Shown: positions 56,738 to 64,000 of the stretch, one piece after another
Position numbering within the stretch: position 1 is the stretch's first letter
Layout: each line of letters opens with the position of its first letter
Origin: a virus
IMG/VR virus record: IMGVR_UViG_3300049002_000006
Location: 1 to 64,000 of that record
DNA length: 64,000 nucleotides
Reading direction: 5' to 3' (one strand)
Translations under genes and position numbers: made by a program
The notes under the pieces: model-generated
What the model saw: only the letters and a program-made list of their open reading frames with translations
Databases searched by the model: none
What the model was told of the DNA's origin: nothing

Positions 56738-57310
56738 TCAGCCTCCGTTTTCCTTGAGGACTTCTTCTTGGATGCGATTCAGGTACACTGTCGGACCTAT
56801 TCGCCTTTGGCAGTTTAGAACGTGGTTATGATCCGGAGCCTGCCATCCTTCTGGTTTGAGATACTTCCCTGTCTCAGGGTTGATGATCGCCTTGCCATCC
56901 GGGAACTTGGAGTTGTTTGCCCGGCAGACTTCGGCCAGGTGGGGCAGGTCCGGAACGCCGCAGGCGACCAGGGCTCCGGTGGCGACGTAAATCAGGTCAC
57001 ATGCCCCGTCGATGATCTCTTCCAGAGTGTGCCATTCGTTATCAATACCATCATGGGACAATAGTTCGTAGTTGGGCTGACACGGCACTTCCTCCGGATC
57101 GCCCTTCATCGGCATAACTAGGAAGCCTAATGCGTGAATAGTTTCCATGGTTTCTTCAAGGATCAGTTGGGCGGACAGCCGCCGGATAGCTTCATCCGGA
57201 ACGCCCGGCATGGCCCGGATCGCCTGCCGCGGATCGTACTTAACGGCGACTCCTTTCGTGAAAAGATTCGAGAGGGCGACCTGGCTGAGCAGCGGATGAG
57301 TCTTCATCAT
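56738..57310 (-). CDS. MazG-like NTP pyrophosphohydrolase
   Basis: LILEE..E, DG.CDLIYV..G, EV..AN.SK, KP.GW..PD. Confidence 0.8.
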   Translation of the reverse strand: MMKTHPLLSQVALSNLFTKGVAVKYDPRQAIRAMPGVPDEAIRRLSAQLILEETMETIHALGFLVMPMKGDPEEVPCQPNYELLSHDGIDNEWHTLEEIIDGACDLIYVATGALVACGVPDLPHLAEVCRANNSKFPDGKAIINPETGKYLKPEGWQAPDHNHVLNCQRRIGPTVYLNRIQEEVLKENGG

Positions 57311-57624
57311 GTTCCTTTCTTGACTACTCGGTACCGAACCTTAGCACAGTTGTCATGGTGTAGGCGAGTCTTTTGGAAGGCTTTGATCCACTTCTGGACC
57401 TTGTTAGCAGCGTCCAGATACGCCCGACTCGGCCGCATGTCCTTTTCTTGCCCCGGCCGGTACGTAGACCAGATCAGGTCTCGGAGTTCTTTCGGGAGTT
57501 GGAACCAGTGAGCGGCACAGCCCCACTTGGCCGGAGGCACTTGTTGCTTGCAGCCGGGCCAATGACAGCTGTGAGGCCGGTCCTGCTTCTGCCTTTGGAC
57601 ATAATCAGCCTTCCGATTCGCCAT
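57307..57624 (-). CDS. conserved Cys/His phage protein
   Basis: CHWPGC..VPPAKWGC..HW. Confidence 0.7.
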   Translation of the reverse strand: MANRKADYVQRQKQDRPHSCHWPGCKQQVPPAKWGCAAHWFQLPKELRDLIWSTYRPGQEKDMRPSRAYLDAANKVQKWIKAFQKTRLHHDNCAKVRYRVVKKGT

Positions 57625-57725
57625 CTTCCGGCTCCTGATTGTTTGTATTCTAGGCGGACGAGGGAACGAAGAGGCGGGGCGGTTATTTTCTGGACGTTTA
57701 TAACCGCCCCTGGAACGACTGCCCA

Positions 57726-58349
57726 TCAGCCGTCGTACTCTTCGTCTTGATCTTCCTGATCTTCCTCGTCGTCGTCCTCTTCTGACCTGCGAATCCTTTC
57801 CTTCGCCGCTAGGACCTTTTTGTCAGGGCCGATCACTTCGTGAGGGACGAACGGAGTCTCTTCCGAGACGATTTCGAGTTTCGACACCGTGATATTCAGG
57901 AATTCGACCTCAATCGAGACGAGTGCCCCGTTCGGGACGTCTTTCGGACTAAGCCCCCAATGGGCTAGGCCAGCCTCGCAGATGGTCTTCTCCACCTCCG
58001 GATTGACGTACTTGCCTAATTCTACGGTCGGCTTAGTCCCGGAGCAGTAGACGGTTCCGAACCAGTCTTTTCTCTTGATCTGACCAGGAGTCCTTCTCGA
58101 CAGAGGTTCCAACCGCCAGAAGTAGAACTTCTTCCTGATCCGTTTCGGTTCTTCCGGCGGCTGATCGTGTTCGTGTGTCTGAGCCGCCGGAGCTTTGACG
58201 TGAGTTCCGTTTCTTTGGACGAAAAGCGTCGAGTGTCCGTTTACTTCGGAAGCGACAGTTAGCGCTCTGGCCGCTAGGACCTTGAACGCTTCTCGTTCCT
58301 GTTCAGTTAAGGGAGCTTTCATATCGCGACTGAAAGTCAGTTGATCCAT
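57726..58349 (-). CDS. hypothetical protein
   Basis: SD GAGGA. Confidence 0.6.
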   Translation of the reverse strand: MDQLTFSRDMKAPLTEQEREAFKVLAARALTVASEVNGHSTLFVQRNGTHVKAPAAQTHEHDQPPEEPKRIRKKFYFWRLEPLSRRTPGQIKRKDWFGTVYCSGTKPTVELGKYVNPEVEKTICEAGLAHWGLSPKDVPNGALVSIEVEFLNITVSKLEIVSEETPFVPHEVIGPDKKVLAAKERIRRSEEDDDEEDQEDQDEEYDG

Positions 58350-58380
58350 TGTTTAATCCTCCTTTCTTTTGGTATTTGAA

Positions 58381-58728
58381 TCAGGCCCCAGGAGGCAGTT
58401 CCGTACCAGGAGTCGGAACGTCTTGTTGATCGCCGGCCTTCGCCAAAGGAACAGTTGTCTCTGCCCCTAGCGTGGCAGGAACTTCCGTCGGGACCGGAGG
58501 CGTCACGCTCGCCCTGGCCTGGTCCATCATTGCCGAGAACTTCGCCTCTAGCCGGTTGAAGCATAGCCCGATGTCCTTCACCTTACCCTCGGCCCGGTTG
58601 CTATACAAGCTTTGGGCGATGCCGACGAACTCCTGGCCTGTCCGATAGTTGCCGAACAGCTTTCGCAGGGTATCTACTTCCTTCTGCACGACTTCCAACG
58701 ATTCGATACTGACGGTTGCGTTAATCAT
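58381..58728 (-). CDS. hypothetical protein
   Basis: ATGA coupled. Confidence 0.55.
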   Translation of the reverse strand: MINATVSIESLEVVQKEVDTLRKLFGNYRTGQEFVGIAQSLYSNRAEGKVKDIGLCFNRLEAKFSAMMDQARASVTPPVPTEVPATLGAETTVPLAKAGDQQDVPTPGTELPPGA

Positions 58729-59945
58729 CCGATCTCCTTGAGTTGTTCCTTAGCGACGTGCCACGTCAATAAGGAATCTAGGGCGTTATAACGGAGGACC
58801 GTACTCAGGTCGCATTCCGTTATTCGGTTGAGCCCCGGCCCGGATTCGTCTTTCGGTACCAGGTACGGGGCTACTGTATCGTTGTATTGTGGTTGCCCTA
58901 GTTTCACGAACGCCTGGAATTTCAGGCCACTAACCCCGCGTCTATGGTCTAGGGCGTGGGCGACTAGCATTCCGTCATGTCTCCAGTTGTTGACGAACTT
59001 GCCCCATTGAAACCTGGTCCATAAATCTTCGTGTTTCGTGTTCCAACCGATCTTCGGGCGAGGCCCTAAAACGATTTCCTTCGCGGCTTCGATCACGGGG
59101 CCGACGAAAGGGCAAGCGACAGACGAAAGGCCGTCGGAAACGCTTATAGAGAAGATGCGGCTATGGACGTGCGGCACTAAAGAGCAAGTCTCATAGTCGA
59201 AGGATAAAGACCGTTTATTCGCGTGCATCTTTCGTAGTAATGCCGCCCCTTCGGTCGGGGCTATTTCGACCACGCATCTAGCGTCCAAGTCATCGACTGG
59301 TTCTTTATGTGGCCGTCCGTTTAACTCGAAAGCCGCTTTCAGGTGCTTGTCGAATAGAATACCTTCTATCGGTTTGTTCTCGTCTTCGTTCCGGTTGACA
59401 TGACTCGGATGAAACGTCGGGCAGACCCAAGTGTTCGGCTTCCGGCAAGGAATCTTCCAGCCGGCCCACTTCGTGATGCCCCCGACGTCCTTATCGAACA
59501 GCCAACCGATTACCGACTCGACGGCCCTGGCCCCGAGGACGATAATTGTTGACGGCTTTAACTCCTTGATCGTATTGGTCACGTTCGGACGACACCATTC
59601 GATCATTTCGTCCTTGGTGATCTTATTCCGTGGCGGCCTGCACCAAAGACTGTTGATGGTCCAGCAATCCCGCTCCAGGTCGATTTTTAGCTTCCTGAGA
59701 GTCTTATGGAGTCTGGCCCCGGCCGGGGCTCCTGGAAAGAACGGCCGCCCGTGCAAGTCTTCCTGTTCTCCGGGGGCCTCGCCGACGATCAGGACACCCC
59801 GCTTGCCCTTACCGAAGACCTTCATCTTCGGCGTCCGACACCCGCTCTTGTCGAGCCGGCACATGGAGCACTTCGGGCTGATCGGGTCCGGCGGCCGAAA
59901 CATCTCTAAGGCGGTCCGCGAGAACAGAGGACTTTCTAACATCAC
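58725..59945 (-). CDS. family-4 uracil-DNA glycosylase fused to PolA 3'-5' exonuclease domain
   Basis: CxxC, GEAPG..ED, CRPP.N, HPS; ExoI FDYET, ExoII WNTKHED, ExoIII YNALD. Confidence 0.85.
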   Translation of the reverse strand: MMLESPLFSRTALEMFRPPDPISPKCSMCRLDKSGCRTPKMKVFGKGKRGVLIVGEAPGEQEDLHGRPFFPGAPAGARLHKTLRKLKIDLERDCWTINSLWCRPPRNKITKDEMIEWCRPNVTNTIKELKPSTIIVLGARAVESVIGWLFDKDVGGITKWAGWKIPCRKPNTWVCPTFHPSHVNRNEDENKPIEGILFDKHLKAAFELNGRPHKEPVDDLDARCVVEIAPTEGAALLRKMHANKRSLSFDYETCSLVPHVHSRIFSISVSDGLSSVACPFVGPVIEAAKEIVLGPRPKIGWNTKHEDLWTRFQWGKFVNNWRHDGMLVAHALDHRRGVSGLKFQAFVKLGQPQYNDTVAPYLVPKDESGPGLNRITECDLSTVLRYNALDSLLTWHVAKEQLKEIG

Positions 59946-60133
59946 TGTTCCTTGCTAGGCGGGCCGTCGTACAGACAAATATTTCCGGAATCTTTCCATT
60001 GTTTAACTATTCGGTCGAAGTCTTTTTCGCAGTCGGCGAACGCCCGAAGGCTGATCTGCCCTCTGGCGAGGAAGGCACCGTCTACGAACACGACGATTCG
60101 CTTGACGGTACCTATTGTGATCGGAACTTCCAT
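59942..60133 (-). CDS. hypothetical protein
   Basis: Coupled ORF. Confidence 0.5.
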   Translation of the reverse strand: MEVPITIGTVKRIVVFVDGAFLARGQISLRAFADCEKDFDRIVKQWKDSGNICLYDGPPSKEQ

Positions 60134-61179
60134 TAGTCCTCCAGACTTTCGGTTTCCGCCTTCTTGTAGTCGTACAAGCCGGCGACGTAGGTAAACTTCC
60201 CACCGTCTACGATGATCCGGCGTTCCGGACTGACTTGACAGTCCGTGTGTCGTTTGACGAGTTCGATCAGGAGTTTCGGGGACACGGCAAACTTGAGTGG
60301 CTTTCCAATATACTTAACCTTCTTGAACTCGGTATGCTTCCCGTTCGGCCCGTGCCCAACGATTTTGAGGGCGTCGTTGGTTAGTTCGACCACTACGATG
60401 TTGTCGTCATTCTCGTCCGAGAACACTTGGGCCCGGTCGGCAGCGTCGCCTAGTCCCGGAGGCAAAACCGTCGGCACGCCCGTGACCTGAAGGGCTTTGT
60501 CCATGTCCTTAATGAATTCTGAGATCCACTTCTTCACACTATATACCAACTTCGATCTGGTGTAGAAGTGAACGAAGTTTTCGTCCTCGGCAATGTAGAC
60601 AGGGGCAATGACTTGGACGTGCTTGACCGACTCTCCTCGGACCATAAACGGCTCCTTCACGCCCGTTTGGAGCCTATATCGAGTAAGTTGCACACTGTCA
60701 CAGGACTCAATATGCTTCGGGGTGATATGGACGCAGACCGTGTAGAACATCGACACGTCCTTACCTACGCAGGTCATGGCGATGCCGATTGCGTCCGTGA
60801 AATCAGTATGGATTCGATTCCAGTCTTCTTTCTTCGGCAGCTTGATCTTATCTACCGGAAGCAGGATCTCGCGGGCCGCCGGGAGTTCAGTCTTTCTTCC
60901 TTTACCTTTGATCACCAGATCGTTCCCGGACAGGCCCACGTCGATTTCTTCGTCCGGGAGTTTCGATAGAATCCGGAGTAGTGGGTCGGCTTGTACAGCA
61001 CACACTAGGTCCTTTGGTAGGCCGCTTGGCGTTCGGCAAGCCACTTCCTCGTTGTAGGTGTAAATCCAACCGTTCTGAAATATGAAGTGCGTCGATTGCT
61101 CCACGATCGGCTGGTGCGAAAGCCCCGGCTTAACTTCGTCCAGTCGTTGCAGCAGGTATTCACGGTTGATTCGGGCCAT
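60133..61179 (-). CDS. DnaN-like sliding clamp
   Basis: About 348 aa beta-clamp pattern (L..V.PGL..I.EQS..F.F; A..LL.IL.KLP.EEI); clamp loader present. Confidence 0.7.
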   Translation of the reverse strand: MARINREYLLQRLDEVKPGLSHQPIVEQSTHFIFQNGWIYTYNEEVACRTPSGLPKDLVCAVQADPLLRILSKLPDEEIDVGLSGNDLVIKGKGRKTELPAAREILLPVDKIKLPKKEDWNRIHTDFTDAIGIAMTCVGKDVSMFYTVCVHITPKHIESCDSVQLTRYRLQTGVKEPFMVRGESVKHVQVIAPVYIAEDENFVHFYTRSKLVYSVKKWISEFIKDMDKALQVTGVPTVLPPGLGDAADRAQVFSDENDDNIVVVELTNDALKIVGHGPNGKHTEFKKVKYIGKPLKFAVSPKLLIELVKRHTDCQVSPERRIIVDGGKFTYVAGLYDYKKAETESLED

Positions 61180-61349
61180 TACTTGTTGTCCTCGGCAAGT
61201 GAGTCGATACAGGTCGAAATCAGCCGACGCCGGGTAAAGTCTTCCTCGAGATTGAGAACGACTGTGTAGGCGTTCATCAACTCTTCGTACCTGCGTTGTT
61301 CTTCGTGTTGCTGGCGAGCCCATTCTTCGTTTGTTGCTGGCTTCGACAT
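61179..61349 (-). CDS. small hypothetical protein
   Basis: SD AAGGAG; TAATG coupling. Confidence 0.5.
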   Translation of the reverse strand: MSKPATNEEWARQQHEEQRRYEELMNAYTVVLNLEEDFTRRRLISTCIDSLAEDNK

Positions 61350-61510
61350 TCGCTGGCTCCTTTCTTCCATCGGTACTTGATAGCTCGTTTCAACCGGGCG
61401 TTGATCTTCTTCTTCCGCATGTAGCAGCACACGTACCAGCTGAGCATGATTGGTGGGTCTTTTAGACCCGTTTCGGCAATCTCTGAACCGCCGCTCAGAT
61501 ATACGATCAT
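61277..61510 (-). CDS. small protein resembling N-terminal strands of DpdA/TGT-like barrels
   Basis: MIVYLSG...IMLSWY. Confidence 0.45.
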   Translation of the reverse strand: MIVYLSGGSEIAETGLKDPPIMLSWYVCCYMRKKKINARLKRAIKYRWKKGASECRSQQQTKNGLASNTKNNAGTKS

Positions 61511-61752
61511 GTTTTCGTGATTTCTTTAAAGTGATTCGTTCTGAGCCAGTACACGAAGTCCTCAAATAGTGTCATCAGCTTTGGATCTTTGAAACAGAAG
61601 CTCGCAAGCTCTCGCATTGTCTCAGTAGGTCCGCCGTCATGCTTCCATGGAAAATCGTAATCGACGGTTAGACCAAAGTCTAAAATCATCTGGTTCGACT
61701 TGTTCATATGGGCGATTAATGCCTCGAATTTTTCGTTTTTTGGTCGGCTCAT
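61507..61752 (-). CDS. hypothetical protein
   Basis: ATGA coupled. Confidence 0.55.
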   Translation of the reverse strand: MSRPKNEKFEALIAHMNKSNQMILDFGLTVDYDFPWKHDGGPTETMRELASFCFKDPKLMTLFEDFVYWLRTNHFKEITKT

Positions 61753-62690
61753 TGGAATATCCTTCCGTAATTAGTTTTCGGTTTGAAGGCCCACGGCCAT
61801 TTAGGCAACCATTCACACAGCTTCTCGAAGAACCTGGCGTTCGCCAGGGCTCGCGGGTTGTACGTCGATAACGCCCCAGGAACTTTCACCGTTCCGTCTT
61901 TGTTGAAAGTCCCGAGCGGCACGTCGATGATCTTCAACCACTCTAAGACTATTGCCCTTGCCCCGGAAGTCAGATGGTAGAAATGCTTCCAGTTCTTGCC
62001 GATTGTTTTACTCCGGTGACTCATGCCGATCTGGTATGGGGCCACGCCGAACGTAAACGCCCCGTTCCGCTTGTGTGGCACGAACAGGCTCCCGAAGCCG
62101 GCCGCTTTCGCCCACGACGAGGAATCGACGCTATAAAAAGGGTAGCGAATCATCAAGTCGTAGGACGTGACTGCGAACCCGTGTGTTTTGATCCTCGGCT
62201 TTCGGTCCGGAAAGCTACACAGCCTGTCGAACACCGAATCAGTCCATTTCTTGTACGATTGCTTGGTCGAGTCCTGTCCCATGCCACCGATACCAATGAA
62301 GTCGTACCCGGCCTCTATGTGCTTGTCGAGCCACTTTAACGGAGTCTTATCGTGTATGACAGGAACAGGACTGAGCCCGTGCTTCTCTTCTAAATACTTG
62401 AGTGACTTCCAGCTTAGTTCCGGATTGAAGATTACGTCCACAGTGACGTAGAAGTCGATGCCCTGACCGTATCTTTTCAGGAAGGCCGCGTACTGATCCA
62501 GGTACGCCTTGAACTCGGAAGTTTTGAACCAGTCGTACCGGGCTTGCCCTTTTCCTAGGACGTGCATGTTGAACAGACTATGCGCTCCTGAGTCCAGAAA
62601 TAAAGAACCACACGTTGATTTGGAGTGATCGACGTAGACACGGTTCAAACTCATGAACTTTCTTTTCAACCCTAATCGACCGGAGCCCAT
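61749..62690 (-). CDS. DpdA/TGT-like 7-deazaguanine DNA transglycosylase
   Basis: LFLDSGAHS, YV.VDVI, PVPVIH, IGIGG, KTHGFA, SVDSSSW; beside QueD-like gene. Confidence 0.75.
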   Translation of the reverse strand: MGSGRLGLKRKFMSLNRVYVDHSKSTCGSLFLDSGAHSLFNMHVLGKGQARYDWFKTSEFKAYLDQYAAFLKRYGQGIDFYVTVDVIFNPELSWKSLKYLEEKHGLSPVPVIHDKTPLKWLDKHIEAGYDFIGIGGMGQDSTKQSYKKWTDSVFDRLCSFPDRKPRIKTHGFAVTSYDLMIRYPFYSVDSSSWAKAAGFGSLFVPHKRNGAFTFGVAPYQIGMSHRSKTIGKNWKHFYHLTSGARAIVLEWLKIIDVPLGTFNKDGTVKVPGALSTYNPRALANARFFEKLCEWLPKWPWAFKPKTNYGRIFQ

Positions 62691-62691
62691 G

Positions 62692-63870
62692 TCAACTCTC
62701 CGGGTATAGCGGTTCGAGGACGTAGTTCGTCAGGCCCATTACGTTTGTCATCCGTTTCCAGGTGTCGTCGTATCGTTTGTGAATCCAAGACCTTTTCTTG
62801 ATGCTGGCCGGTCCGAAAGATACAATATCTAGTGCGACCAGGACACTAGACACAGCGTCCCCGACTGACCAAGGATTGTACATGAACACACCGTCCTTCT
62901 CATAGTTCAAGGTCTCGGGGAAGGACCTGAACTTAGGATAGATTGGGTAGCATCCGGCTACCGATGCTTCGAGAAGGGTAAAACTGACCCAGTCTTGCAG
63001 GGCACAGTTGAACTGGATCTTTGACTCGCATAAGGTCGCGTAGTATTGCTCCTTCGTCTGATTTTCCCGGAGTTCTACTACACCGTCGGCCAGGGCTTGG
63101 TTGAGCAGGGTCAGAAGGTGCTTGCCGTTACTTCTGATCTTCCGAGCAGAGGTTGTTACGACGAAGTTCACGTCCGGCCTGAACTTTTTGACCTCCCTGG
63201 CGACTTGCAGGAAGAACTCCGGCTGCTTCTCGACGTCCCACCGTGACGAGAACACGACTTGATTCTTGCGACTGACGGCTCCGGCATATCCGAGGACTGG
63301 AAATCCCTTCGTCTCGTTGACGTACCCAGCAGGCATCCGATCCATAACTTCGGTCGAGTCAAACGGCAAGCCGACTACATGGATTTTGTCTTCATCGACT
63401 TCGTACTCCTCAATCATAAGGTTTTTAAGGAGGGAATTGGCTACAAACACTCCTTCACACAGGTCGAGAACCATGTTCTCATAAGTCCACATCCACACAT
63501 CCATCTTCGCCGTGAAGTCATATTCGTCTACCGACTGTGCCCACCAGTAGCAGTAGATTTTCGGCTTGATCCCGAGTTGATGGAAGGTGTACGGTAGGGC
63601 CTCGATTCCAGGTGTCCACGCGTCGTCTATCAGGATCACGTCCTTGTCTGTTAACTTCCAGTCTAGCAGCTGACTGATTTGTCTAAAGGAGTTCCCAGTT
63701 CTGGCATACGGATTTACGACTTGCCCGATGCCTACCGAGCCTTCTTGCTGAATAGTTCCTTCTATCTCCTGGAACAGAATACCTGCTTTCCGCCAGTTGT
63801 TGTGATACCAGAGTCGTAACTGGTCCGTATATCTTTCCTTGTACCCTTCGAGCGGCAGGTGAAAAAGCAT
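62692..63870 (-). CDS. GT-B (GT4-like) glycosyltransferase
   Basis: VVFSSRWDVEKQPEFF..ALQDWVSFTLLEA..G..P.YP..SFPE. Confidence 0.8.
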   Translation of the reverse strand: MLFHLPLEGYKERYTDQLRLWYHNNWRKAGILFQEIEGTIQQEGSVGIGQVVNPYARTGNSFRQISQLLDWKLTDKDVILIDDAWTPGIEALPYTFHQLGIKPKIYCYWWAQSVDEYDFTAKMDVWMWTYENMVLDLCEGVFVANSLLKNLMIEEYEVDEDKIHVVGLPFDSTEVMDRMPAGYVNETKGFPVLGYAGAVSRKNQVVFSSRWDVEKQPEFFLQVAREVKKFRPDVNFVVTTSARKIRSNGKHLLTLLNQALADGVVELRENQTKEQYYATLCESKIQFNCALQDWVSFTLLEASVAGCYPIYPKFRSFPETLNYEKDGVFMYNPWSVGDAVSSVLVALDIVSFGPASIKKRSWIHKRYDDTWKRMTNVMGLTNYVLEPLYPES

Positions 63871-63872
63871 AG

Positions 63873-64000
63873 TTATACCTTACTCAGAGGAAGATAAATG
63901 GCCCCGTTCTCGTCGTCCTCGTTCACGGTCACGGAACCAACTGTGAATCCGGTACTTGCGAGGAAAGCGGCGGTATTTCTGGCGATCATTTCACACGATT
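63873..64000 (-). CDS. QueD-like (6-pyruvoyl-tetrahydropterin synthase-like) C-terminus, partial
   Basis: Own translation SCEMIA...VTVNEDDENGAIY. Confidence 0.65.
   Translation of the reverse strand, partial: SCEMIARNTAAFLASTGFTVGSVTVNEDDENGAIYLPLSKV

Noticed and set aside
56108-58728. Intron interrupting the DNA polymerase
   Set aside because: Filled with ordinary coupled genes, no homing endonuclease; both polymerase parts have own start and stop
1-64000. Alternative genetic code, integrase, reverse transcriptase/DGR
   Set aside because: Genes are intact under code 11; no such motifs or TR/VR pair noticed

Overview
Part of a large tailed dsDNA phage genome with siphovirus-like morphogenesis genes. 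No integrase, tRNA or CRISPR array is visible. Host is possibly a planctomycete (inference from protein motifs only). Layout: leftward early genes (1-4220, including a NusG-like gene missing from the ORF track); terS/terL; an AT-rich accessory and non-coding zone holding an isolated immediate-early-like gene (7.0-10.6 kb); a long rightward late region (fibre/appendage genes, portal, membrane and protease cassette, head, tail; 10.7-42.6 kb); and a leftward replication/recombination/DNA-modification arm (split SbcCD, resolvase, 5'-3' exonuclease, ThyX, RecA, SSB, clamp loader, split PolA, clamp, DpdA/TGT-like, glycosyltransferase, QueD-like). The most striking signal is a GG(A/T) sequence pattern. 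An 823-bp island containing one complete transcription unit has no GGW/WCC on either strand, and it is flanked by tracts where GGW is very dense. Early promoters also sit in GGW-free windows, and promoter-proximal early genes avoid GGW on the coding strand only. Given the 7-deazaguanine/glycosyltransferase genes, this suggests that DNA hypermodification is used as a positional regulatory code. Counts are by eye and family assignments come from motif recognition, not database searches.
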